Shown: in pieces, positions 1-10,600 of the stretch
Position numbering within the stretch: the stretch's first letter is position 1
Layout: each line of letters opens with the position of its first letter
Assembly (NCBI GenBank): GCA_047495785.1
Contig: JBLDXI010000147.1
Span: forward strand, 1 to 13,517
DNA: 13,517 nucleotides
From: Lepidodermella squamata
Lineage: Eukaryota; Animalia; Gastrotricha
Direction: 5' to 3'
The notes under the pieces: model-generated
The model's input: the letters and a program-made list of their open reading frames with translations, nothing else
Told to the model about the DNA's origin: nothing
Database searches by the model: none
Position numbers and translations under genes: made by a program

Positions 1-239
1 TTTTAAAATAAAATGGAAATCGAAGTGTATACGCCACTCGAAAATGAAAGCGAAAACGCGGGAGAAATTGGGTCAAGCCGGTGAGAGACATGCAGTGTTT
101 TTGTTCGTGTGATGGTAGTATAAAAAGGGCACACGTGATAGAAATAGCTCAAAGCAAAGAGGATCATGTAAGGGATTGTTCTTCAGCTCGAATCGCCTGT
201 TGTTTTTTCCGGCTACGGGTACCGCCTCCAACGCTTTGT

Positions 240-3200
240 TCCTGGATGAAGCGTTTTAATCGAGTTGGGATGGGGCCACTATATTATTCAGCGACCTATT
301 GATATAGCAAGCTTGGCAAGCGACCAGGGATTAACCCGCTAGCTTCAGATATAGCTCTAATAATAGCCCGATATTTACAAGTAGTTAAACTTACAAGGCT
401 TTGGCTGTAGAGACGATTGGATGATTGGCTTCACGTAGTTCGAAGGGAACATGCCAACAATGCCGTTAAGTTCCCCACGCCACCAATCCGGATCGTCCTT
501 GTTGATCACATTAATAATCTCGTCTTTCTTGAATGTGAGCTCATCGTCGTGGTTGGCAGCATACGGGTACATTGTAATCACTTTTTCTATACACGAATTA
601 ACGAACTTAGTTACCAAAAAAAGTCCGCCTTAATTATATTCCCACCTCTCTCAGCTTCGATATCGGACACAGGCGTTGTTCGAGAGCTTTGCCTCGACCC
701 ACCAGGGCCACCAGTCCAAGGCCGGACGTAGTTGGCCGGGAACCAACCGACCTGACGGGCCTTCCCTCTGGCGTGAAGTTCGCCCTGCCACCAACCGGAA
801 TCACTTTTCTTTTTGATGTAAATGAGGTTGCCAGGCTCAAGGGTCAACTGCTCAGCGCCAGTGGCTCGATATTCCGCGATCACAGTCACGATTTCCGGCT
901 TCTTTCCACCGCCTTGCTTGCCCGACTGTTGAAAATAAAAACAACATGTTAACAAAAATTCGAGAAAACGGGTAATGGTCAAGCGTGCAATAAGGTGGAG
1001 AGAAAATTAGTAGAGGCATGCAATTAGTAAAAATAAAATCCCGCGAAACAATAGAACGAGACAACAGCCAGTATAATTACTTTTGGCGGAGGCTGATTCG
1101 ACGAAGCAAGCTTAGTTTCGAGCTCAGCGCGGAGTCGCTCAGTAGCGCTCCCCTGGCTCGATGGAAGAAGGCTGGCAGGCTTAGTAGGATGCTGTGGCGA
1201 AGCGGGTGACATGACAGCACCCACCTCTGCGTCTTCTCCATACGTTACCTGTCCATCGGCCGAGTTGTTAGTATCCAGGACAGGAGGGCTGAACGAGGGT
1301 GGGGCGGCATCCGACTATAGATGGAATGTTAGTATAATGAGGATTGATTGTTGAACCAAAAAATTATTATGTTGTTATTCGATAAATTAATGTAGCTATA
1401 AAGAGCGGGGTATTTTTCTAATCACTATCAACCAACCGCCAATCTCGGAGCTGGGCGGTGAACACGATGCAACGTGTTAGCCACCTACAATCATCCCGCA
1501 AAATGAAAAATATATTTCAAATATCCCATGCCATCCGAAAGAGAGTTAAGAATCGCTGGTTGCCATCATCATTTTTCAAAGCAAAAGTTTGGCGATTTTT
1601 TTAGATCACAGCAATCGTGTTATGTGTATGTTTCAAACGAAGAACTTTGTTCAAATCAACTCACCGAAAACGCTTGTCTAACCACCTGTAATCACGCAAA
1701 ATATGATGTATTCATAAATTCATGTAATGTCGGACTTCGAATACAATTAGGTTTCTCTCTCCGGAACTCTTTGATCTGGCTAGTTGATCACTTAACGGTA
1801 TGTTTCTTTCTTCCACTAAATTTAATTATTCATACATCCACACGGCTCGTCAAGTTATCGATTTTTTCTGCTCATTGGAGCATATCTATAGCGTCACTAA
1901 TTAGTATAAATTAGAGAACTCCTTTTTATTTTCCTCTAGTATATTAAAGGACTGAATTATTTCAAGGGCTCACCTCAGCATCAAGCGGCTTGACGAAGGT
2001 AGCAGGGAAGATGCCTTGCCGGCCGTTGAGCTGACCTGTCCACCACTCACCGTCACGAGTGACGACCTGGATGATATCACCCTGATTGAAGTTCAAGTCA
2101 CCAGATTCGGGCGACTCATAGTTGTACAACGCTACACACAGGTCGCCGTTATTCTGCGGGGCGGCCTTTGCACTGGAGAACGAGGCATTAGCGAAATCAG
2201 CAGGCTGAGCTGACGGGACGGCAGCGGCAGGAAGGACCGAAGGGCTGAACGCATCCGGCTCAGTCTCGAGCCGTTGGATGTAATTTTCAGGCACCATGCC
2301 CCACCGCCCGTCGATTTCACCGTACACCCAGCCAGGCTCGGCAGTGCTTTGATCGGCAGGCACGTTTATCACGTCACCCTCTACCAAGTTCAACTCGTCC
2401 TCGTTTCGAGCAACAAAGTTGTAAATCACGCGATACCGAGTAGTAGAAGCTGTTAGTTTGAAAAATTCATGTTAGAAAATGTGAAATTCAGAAAAAACAT
2501 CAAATTCGACATCTAACAAGTAACATAGACTAAAAAACAGGGAAGCAAACATTTAGCGTGAGGTGCAGTGAAGGAGCCGGAAAACGAATTATTTCCATTC
2601 GATTTCGACGCAGGCGAGCTGGTTCCAAAAGCATCGAAAGCAGCATGGTGACCATTGCCGTTAACGTGATACCCATTGCCATTAGTTTTCGTAGCACTAG
2701 CCCAACCGTTACCGTTACTTTTCGACGAGGTATCAAACGCCGAATCGAAAGCATCGTGCGCTTTAGCAACTGACGACGCACTGAATGCGCCAAACGCGTC
2801 CCATTTATCAGCAGGGTTGCTGCTGTTGTTTAAAACAGGTGCAGCAGTCGTTGCAGATGAAGGGAAAGCGGCTGCGAACGGGTCAACCGGGGGCGATGAA
2901 ATTGCTGGTTTGGTATTGTTCAGCGACAGGGAACCGAAAGCAGCTAACGTGAAAATTAAGGTGGAAACACAACACAACATAAATTTTACATCACGAAACG
3001 AAACAGACGAAACGGATGACAAGACTAGGTAAAATTTTGTTAATAAACTGACCTCCAAGAGCAGATCCTGATTCCTCCCTGAGAAAAATAATAATTTAAA
3101 AATTTGAGGAGGATTCTTTAATCACTTTCATTACCATCCATTTGTGAGTGATTGCTGTTTCGGCATCGATACTGATTTTTTCGATCGATATCTCGCACGT

Positions 3201-5849
3201 CGCTCACTGACGGCTTGCCGGGCGCTTTCGACGTTGGCTTCTGCGGCTTGAACGCTGCTTTTAACCTCTTCTAGGGTCGACCGCGCGGAGTTGAGATTGG
3301 CTTGTCGCGACGCAGCCGCTTCAGCCATCTGATCAATTTCACTTTTAAGGCGGTCCAAGGCATTTTGCCGCTGCGATAATTGCTGCCGCAGTTGGTTCAT
3401 CTCATCGGCAATCGGGTCACCCAACGTCATTTGCTGATACCGCGCACGCATCTGATCCCTTTCCACGTGGACTTTTGAGTACTCCGCATTCGCTTCCTGT
3501 TTACGGTAAAAATAATCAATACTATACAAACTTATGGCTGAGTAGGCGTTGAACTGACCATATATTGGCCTTTCATGGATTCAATTCCTTGGATTTTTAG
3601 GTCGCGCGTTTGTTTCATCGCGTCAATCGCAGCTGTCACCATTGCGATATTTTCCTTTAAACGCGAGACTTTTTCATTCAATTCCGTCTGCTTCGACTCG
3701 ACTGAACTTTTCTCGAATTTCAAATCGGTGATTCGAGAACGACGTAGTTCTAGCTGGTTCTTCTCGCGTTGTTTCTCCTGATTGAGTTGCTCTCGCCTTT
3801 GCCTCTCCCATTCAGCCTGTCTTTGCCGCTCGAGTTGTAACCGAGCCGCTTCTCGTTGTTCAATCGCCTTATTTCGTTGTTCTTGACGCTCTCTTTCAAG
3901 AGCTTGTTGTCTTTCGAGTTGTTTTTGCAATTCCTCCTGTCGTTTCCTTTCAGCTTCAAGACGCTGCTGTTCGCGTTTCTCCGCCTCAGCTCGCTCAGCT
4001 GCTAAACGAGCATCCTCTTCCGCCTTCAATTGCTCCTGTAACATAAGACGCCGCCTCTCCAATTCAGCCTCGCCTTTTTTGAAATTCTCCTGTCGTTTGT
4101 CCTCAAAAGATTTTGCTTCCTCGAGTTCAGCCGCCTTAAACGCGTTAGCATCGATAATAGAAGACGAGCCTGATAGCGTTTGCCCTGACACTGCAGGCGC
4201 TACAGACGTAGGCGGTGAAATTACAGGTGCTACCAACATCGCAGGAGGCAGTTGCGCCGGAAGGGGTTGGCCTGTTCTGGCTATTTCCGACAGATACATC
4301 GCGACGCAGAATTCATTTTTACTCAAATTCCCATCACAATCCGCGTCAGATAAGTTCCAGATTTGCGCGAGTAAATTAGTCGCAAGTCCTGATTGCATGA
4401 GGACGTTGCGAGCCTCAGAACCGGTCAAAAATCCCTTCTTTTGCACATCGTATTGAGTCATCAGTTGGGCGTATTTTTGCCAGGTTGCGGGGGGAATTCC
4501 GTTGGCAAGGCCTCCAACTGTTCCATAAGGCAGCGAGGTCACGACAGGGGAAGCTACCGAGCTAGTTTGCACGGTTCCATATGTCGGGGTCGGCACGGCC
4601 GGGCGGAGGGGTAAGGCAGCATATGAACTGACAATCGGCGCTTGTGGCACTTGGCCGTACATGGGAGCTTGGGCTAAATAAACAAAATTTGCATTTAAAA
4701 TCGAACTCAACTTAATATCACATTTTCAGGAATTTTCTAGAAATTCAACAATAACTAACAAAATACATGACGTGAACTAAAGGAGGAAAAGCAAAATTAC
4801 CACGAGGTAAAGTATTAGAAAAAGAGGATCCACCAACGACACCTAAACCATCAAAAGCCGAGGCGAACGAATTCTGCATCGGTGGTACCGCGGGGCGCAT
4901 CGGCAGTGTCCCGTAGGCAGCAGGCGGTGACGCCATAACAGAAGGTGTGATTTGGTCTGAAGAAATACGATAATGCAAAACGTAAACAAAAAGCCACGAA
5001 ACAAAAAACGACAACAATATGAGAAAAAATAGAAAACAGAATTCACAAGACAACATACACATAGGTCTAGCAACCATACTTGAACCGCCATTAGCAGACG
5101 CATCGCGCTTGAGGGATTCGGGGAGTATCGAGGGTAATTCTCGGCCTTGTAATTTCGATTTGATGAAAAACATAGCGATCGAGAACTCGCGAGCATCGAG
5201 CCTTCCATCTTTGTTGATATCCGACAGCTCCCAAATTTGCCCCAGCACCATAGGTGGGAGACCGGACTTAAGAAAAAAGCCTCGGGCAGCATCGCCAGTT
5301 AGAAAGCCATTTGCAGGGTTGAGTTGCATGAATTGTGCATCGTGTTTTGCCCTTTCGTCTGGAGTGATGACCCACTCACCAGCTGAAATTAGCACGGAGA
5401 TAAACAATAATCAACAAAATCAATTAAGCTTATTATGAAGTTATCGTTTCATCAACACATAGTGCGTGCGCGCGAAGTCATAAACATCCGAATGTATGAA
5501 AAATTGATCGGCGCACTCGCTAAATCGATATTTCTACTAAGACTTTCGCTATGCGATGTGTCACAGCTTTAAAATCGTACATAAAACAGCGAAACGCCGG
5601 TCCACTACGCGATATTTCGGAACATGCTTGAGAAAAGCTCGCCAATGAATACTAATGAAGTGCAGCTTTTCGATTTCTCAACATGGCAGTTATTGTTGTC
5701 ATTATTGCAGCTCTTATAAATATAATAAGAGAAGTGAGACGAAAATATCGCAATGTGGTTATATCAGAAAGCCCTCTGTTTTGAATAAGTCGGAGAGACC
5801 AACAGCTTCAAATGCCAGTGAGTAAACACCACGTACCTGAGACGTTCAT
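240..5849 (-). CDS. ITSN: Mirror copy of the intersectin/Dap160 gene, with identical coding exons and a last intron 50 bp shorter
   Basis: Identical ORF translations on the minus strand (4745-5407, 3532-4710, 3131-3529, 2513-3058, 1962-2429, 1024-1224, 611-982, 375-617). Whether this is a real second copy depends on whether the palindrome is real. Confidence 0.85.
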
Positions 5850-6044
5850 AGTGGCCCAATATCACTGCCAGTCAACGATGAAAAATTCAAATATATAAAA
5901 ATCTAAAACAAAACAAACGCGTGAATGAGCTCGAAGTTGTGTAATTTGGAAGCCATTCATTCTTTTTACTCCACATCTTTCTTTGTAAACCTATATTTTT
6001 AGACTGCCCATCTTTCTCGAAACTCAACGTCAAAATATTGGGTT

Positions 6045-6607
6045 TCACACAGCAGCGGAAACGGCGACAGCAGCACCACCCTTGGAGGCAATACGACGAT
6101 CGCGCTCCTCGGCAATCGACAATTTAACACCCTTGCCGCGGGGTAGAGACACGAGCGACTTGTTGCCGCGACCGATGATGAAGACGTTATTGACACGGGT
6201 AGCGAAGGTGTGACCGAGAGAATCCTTAACGTGGACAATTTCGAAAGATCCCGGGTGCTTTTCACGGCTTTGGATGACACCAACACGACCAATGTTACGA
6301 CCACCAGTGATCATGCACAAGTTGTTCTGTTCGAACTTAACGAAGTCCTGGATCTTTCCAGTGGCAATGTTGTAAACGATGGTGTCGTTACGCTTGATAA
6401 GAGGGTCGGGGTAACGAATGGTGCGACCATCGAAGGTAACAATGAAAGGAATGCCCTTCGGTCCGACCATCACGTGCTTGACCTTGCACAGCTTGAACTG
6501 TTAAATAGCGAAACCACTGTTATAGTAATTTTATCGTTGGTGCAGCTAACAAACCTTAGCTTCATCGTTATCAACACGATGCACAACAAATCGACCCTTG
6601 TTGTCGT
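6045..6607 (-). pseudogene. RPS4: Mirror copy of the RPS4 3' part (exon fragment 6607-6555, intron 6554-6498, last exon 6497-6045), beginning mid-exon with no acceptor or start
   Basis: Exact reverse complement of 6894-7456. It begins at (Y)DNKGRF and lacks all upstream coding sequence. Confidence 0.9.
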
Positions 6608-7456
6608 TAAGCAGCGGTTGATCAAGATCGACGGCAAGATCCGCAGCGATCACAAGTATCCCGTCGGCTTCATGGGTAAGTAGCACATAACTCTCGTTTT
6701 TAGCTTAGCGGCTATATCGAAGCTGGTAGCGTCGGATTTTATTGATTCTACTAGTCAAAAATTGGCCCATATTTAATTAAACGTCGTTAATTGATATGGA
6801 AACCACTTTTCTGCTGTGTTTCTCTGCAAAATGCGTTTTACATTTTAGATATCCTCACCATCGAGAAGACCGGCGAGAACTTCCGCATGCTTTACGACAA
6901 CAAGGGTCGATTTGTTGTGCATCGTGTTGATAACGATGAAGCTAAGGTTTGTTAGCTGCACCAACGATAAAATTACTATAACAGTGGTTTCGCTATTTAA
7001 CAGTTCAAGCTGTGCAAGGTCAAGCACGTGATGGTCGGACCGAAGGGCATTCCTTTCATTGTTACCTTCGATGGTCGCACCATTCGTTACCCCGACCCTC
7101 TTATCAAGCGTAACGACACCATCGTTTACAACATTGCCACTGGAAAGATCCAGGACTTCGTTAAGTTCGAACAGAACAACTTGTGCATGATCACTGGTGG
7201 TCGTAACATTGGTCGTGTTGGTGTCATCCAAAGCCGTGAAAAGCACCCGGGATCTTTCGAAATTGTCCACGTTAAGGATTCTCTCGGTCACACCTTCGCT
7301 ACCCGTGTCAATAACGTCTTCATCATCGGTCGCGGCAACAAGTCGCTCGTGTCTCTACCCCGCGGCAAGGGTGTTAAATTGTCGATTGCCGAGGAGCGCG
7401 ATCGTCGTATTGCCTCCAAGGGTGGTGCTGCTGTCGCCGTTTCCGCTGCTGTGTGA
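6603..7456 (+). CDS. RPS4: 40S ribosomal protein S4 (eS4), 5'-truncated (about the first 63 codons and the promoter are missing). Exons ~6603-6675, 6849-6946, 7004-7456
   Basis: The spliced translation [91 protein letters not shown]...[18 protein letters not shown] is clearly eS4. GT-AG introns 6676-6848 (phase 1) and 6947-7003 (phase 0) keep the frame. From recall, these intron positions and the 98-nt middle exon match vertebrate RPS4X. Confidence 0.95.
6608..6893 (+). other. Unique 286-bp spacer/loop of the palindrome, made of contiguous RPS4 gene sequence (exon end, 173-nt intron, exon start)
   Basis: Perfect pairing ends at 6607:6894. The spacer reads [23 protein letters not shown]|gtaagt...cattttag|[16 protein letters not shown], which is normal RPS4 structure on the + strand. 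Confidence 0.95.
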
Positions 7457-7530
7457 AACCCAATATTTTGACGTTGAGTTTCGAGAAAGATGGGCAGTCT
7501 AAAAATATAGGTTTACAAAGAAAGATGTGG

Positions 7531-7598
7531 AGTAAAAAGAATGAATGGCTTCCAAATTACACAACTTCGAGCTCATTCACGCGTTTGTTTTGTTTTAG
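7531..7598 (+). promoter_or_regulatory. Candidate RPS4 poly(A) signal variant (AGTAAA 7531-7536 or AATGAA 7540-7545) followed by a GU/U-rich tract and AG (gtttgttttgttttag, AG at 7597-7598): possible downstream element plus trans-splice acceptor for intersectin
   Basis: Motifs are read directly from the sequence and there is no canonical AATAAA between 7457 and 7651. The acceptor lies 53 nt before the proposed ATG. Function is inferred. Confidence 0.45.
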
Positions 7599-7651
7599 AT
7601 TTTTATATATTTGAATTTTTCATCGTTGACTGGCAGTGATATTGGGCCACT

Positions 7652-10600
7652 ATGAACGTCTCAGGTACGTGGTGTTTACTCACTGGCATTTGAAGCTGTT
7701 GGTCTCTCCGACTTATTCAAAACAGAGGGCTTTCTGATATAACCACATTGCGATATTTTCGTCTCACTTCTCTTATTATATTTATAAGAGCTGCAATAAT
7801 GACAACAATAACTGCCATGTTGAGAAATCGAAAAGCTGCACTTCATTAGTATTCATTGGCGAGCTTTTCTCAAGCATGTTCCGAAATATCGCGTAGTGGA
7901 CCGGCGTTTCGCTGTTTTATGTACGATTTTAAAGCTGTGACACATCGCATAGCGAAAGTCTTAGTAGAAATATCGATTTAGCGAGTGCGCCGATCAATTT
8001 TTCATACATTCGGATGTTTATGACTTCGCGCGCACGCACTATGTGTTGATGAAACGATAACTTCATAATAAGCTTAATTGATTTTGTTGATTATTGTTTA
8101 TCTCCGTGCTAATTTCAGCTGGTGAGTGGGTCATCACTCCAGACGAAAGGGCAAAACACGATGCACAATTCATGCAACTCAACCCTGCAAATGGCTTTCT
8201 AACTGGCGATGCTGCCCGAGGCTTTTTTCTTAAGTCCGGTCTCCCACCTATGGTGCTGGGGCAAATTTGGGAGCTGTCGGATATCAACAAAGATGGAAGG
8301 CTCGATGCTCGCGAGTTCTCGATCGCTATGTTTTTCATCAAATCGAAATTACAAGGCCGAGAATTACCCTCGATACTCCCCGAATCCCTCAAGCGCGATG
8401 CGTCTGCTAATGGCGGTTCAAGTATGGTTGCTAGACCTATGTGTATGTTGTCTTGTGAATTCTGTTTTCTATTTTTTCTCATATTGTTGTCGTTTTTTGT
8501 TTCGTGGCTTTTTGTTTACGTTTTGCATTATCGTATTTCTTCAGACCAAATCACACCTTCTGTTATGGCGTCACCGCCTGCTGCCTACGGGACACTGCCG
8601 ATGCGCCCCGCGGTACCACCGATGCAGAATTCGTTCGCCTCGGCTTTTGATGGTTTAGGTGTCGTTGGTGGATCCTCTTTTTCTAATACTTTACCTCGTG
8701 GTAATTTTGCTTTTCCTCCTTTAGTTCACGTCATGTATTTTGTTAGTTATTGTTGAATTTCTAGAAAATTCCTGAAAATGTGATATTAAGTTGAGTTCGA
8801 TTTTAAATGCAAATTTTGTTTATTTAGCCCAAGCTCCCATGTACGGCCAAGTGCCACAAGCGCCGATTGTCAGTTCATATGCTGCCTTACCCCTCCGCCC
8901 GGCCGTGCCGACCCCGACATATGGAACCGTGCAAACTAGCTCGGTAGCTTCCCCTGTCGTGACCTCGCTGCCTTATGGAACAGTTGGAGGCCTTGCCAAC
9001 GGAATTCCCCCCGCAACCTGGCAAAAATACGCCCAACTGATGACTCAATACGATGTGCAAAAGAAGGGATTTTTGACCGGTTCTGAGGCTCGCAACGTCC
9101 TCATGCAATCAGGACTTGCGACTAATTTACTCGCGCAAATCTGGAACTTATCTGACGCGGATTGTGATGGGAATTTGAGTAAAAATGAATTCTGCGTCGC
9201 GATGTATCTGTCGGAAATAGCCAGAACAGGCCAACCCCTTCCGGCGCAACTGCCTCCTGCGATGTTGGTAGCACCTGTAATTTCACCGCCTACGTCTGTA
9301 GCGCCTGCAGTGTCAGGGCAAACGCTATCAGGCTCGTCTTCTATTATCGATGCTAACGCGTTTAAGGCGGCTGAACTCGAGGAAGCAAAATCTTTTGAGG
9401 ACAAACGACAGGAGAATTTCAAAAAAGGCGAGGCTGAATTGGAGAGGCGGCGTCTTATGTTACAGGAGCAATTGAAGGCGGAAGAGGATGCTCGTTTAGC
9501 AGCTGAGCGAGCTGAGGCGGAGAAACGCGAACAGCAGCGTCTTGAAGCTGAAAGGAAACGACAGGAGGAATTGCAAAAACAACTCGAAAGACAACAAGCT
9601 CTTGAAAGAGAGCGTCAAGAACAACGAAATAAGGCGATTGAACAACGAGAAGCGGCTCGGTTACAACTCGAGCGGCAAAGACAGGCTGAATGGGAGAGGC
9701 AAAGGCGAGAGCAACTCAATCAGGAGAAACAACGCGAGAAGAACCAGCTAGAACTACGTCGTTCTCGAATCACCGATTTGAAATTCGAGAAAAGTTCAGT
9801 CGAGTCGAAGCAGACGGAATTGAATGAAAAAGTCTCGCGTTTAAAGGAAAATATCGCAATGGTGACAGCTGCGATTGACGCGATGAAACAAACGCGCGAC
9901 CTAAAAATCCAAGGAATTGAATCCATGAAAGGCCAATATATGGTCAGTTCAACGCCTACTCAGCCATAAGTTTGTATAGTATTGATTATTTTTACCGTAA
10001 ACAGGAAGCGAATGCGGAGTACTCAAAAGTCCACGTGGAAAGGGATCAGATGCGTGCGCGGTATCAGCAAATGACGTTGGGTGACCCGATTGCCGATGAG
10101 ATGAACCAACTGCGGCAGCAATTATCGCAGCGGCAAAATGCCTTGGACCGCCTTAAAAGTGAAATTGATCAGATGGCTGAAGCGGCTGCGTCGCGACAAG
10201 CCAATCTCAACTCCGCGCGGTCGACCCTAGAAGAGGTTAAAAGCAGCGTTCAAGCCGCAGAAGCCAACGTCGAAAGCGCCCGGCAAGCCGTCAGTGAGCG
10301 ACGTGCGAGATATCGATCGAAAAAATCAGTATCGATGCCGAAACAGCAATCACTCACAAATGGATGGTAATGAAAGTGATTAAAGAATCCTCCTCAAATT
10401 TTTAAATTATTATTTTTCTCAGGGAGGAATCAGGATCTGCTCTTGGAGGTCAGTTTATTAACAAAATTTTACCTAGTCTTGTCATCCGTTTCGTCTGTTT
10501 CGTTTCGTGATGTAAAATTTATGTTGTGTTGTGTTTCCACCTTAATTTTCACGTTAGCTGCTTTCGGTTCCCTGTCGCTGAACAATACCAAACCAGCAAT

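Larger units (their letters stand above)
75..6607. repeat. Left arm of giant inverted repeat (palindrome)
   Basis: Every ORF in 375-6473 has an identical opposite-strand ORF with coordinates summing to 13501 (e.g. 6045/7456, 4745/8756, 375/13126). Non-coding lines spot-checked by eye (1381-1440 vs 12061-12120, 5461-5520 vs 7981-8040) are exact reverse complements. 75-250 pairs with 13301-13476 (sum 13551). Confidence 0.98.

Noticed and set aside
117-140. TATA-like TATAAAAAGG plus E-box CACGTG pointing antisense into intersectin
   Set aside because: These short motifs lie in the presumptive 3' UTR of the opposite strand, are expected by chance, and have no other promoter support.
6845-7291. 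148-aa antisense ORF over RPS4 (and its 6210-6683 mirror/fusion) as an independent gene
   Set aside because: It is a shadow ORF in register with a highly biased ribosomal-protein coding frame, has a non-ATG start and no recognisable domain.
7745-8040. Repeated GAAATATCG-like words and a CpG-rich patch in intersectin intron 1 as an internal promoter
   Set aside because: Only three short degenerate copies and no exact known element, which is not enough to call, although it remains the alternative to the operon model.
8443-8544. Hydrophobic transmembrane-like stretch ([22 protein letters not shown]) in ORF 8094-8756
   Set aside because: It is a translated T-rich intron (gtatgt...ttcttcag, 102 nt) that happens to be stop-free and in frame. 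The hydrophobic start of ORF 10443-10988 is likewise translated intron.
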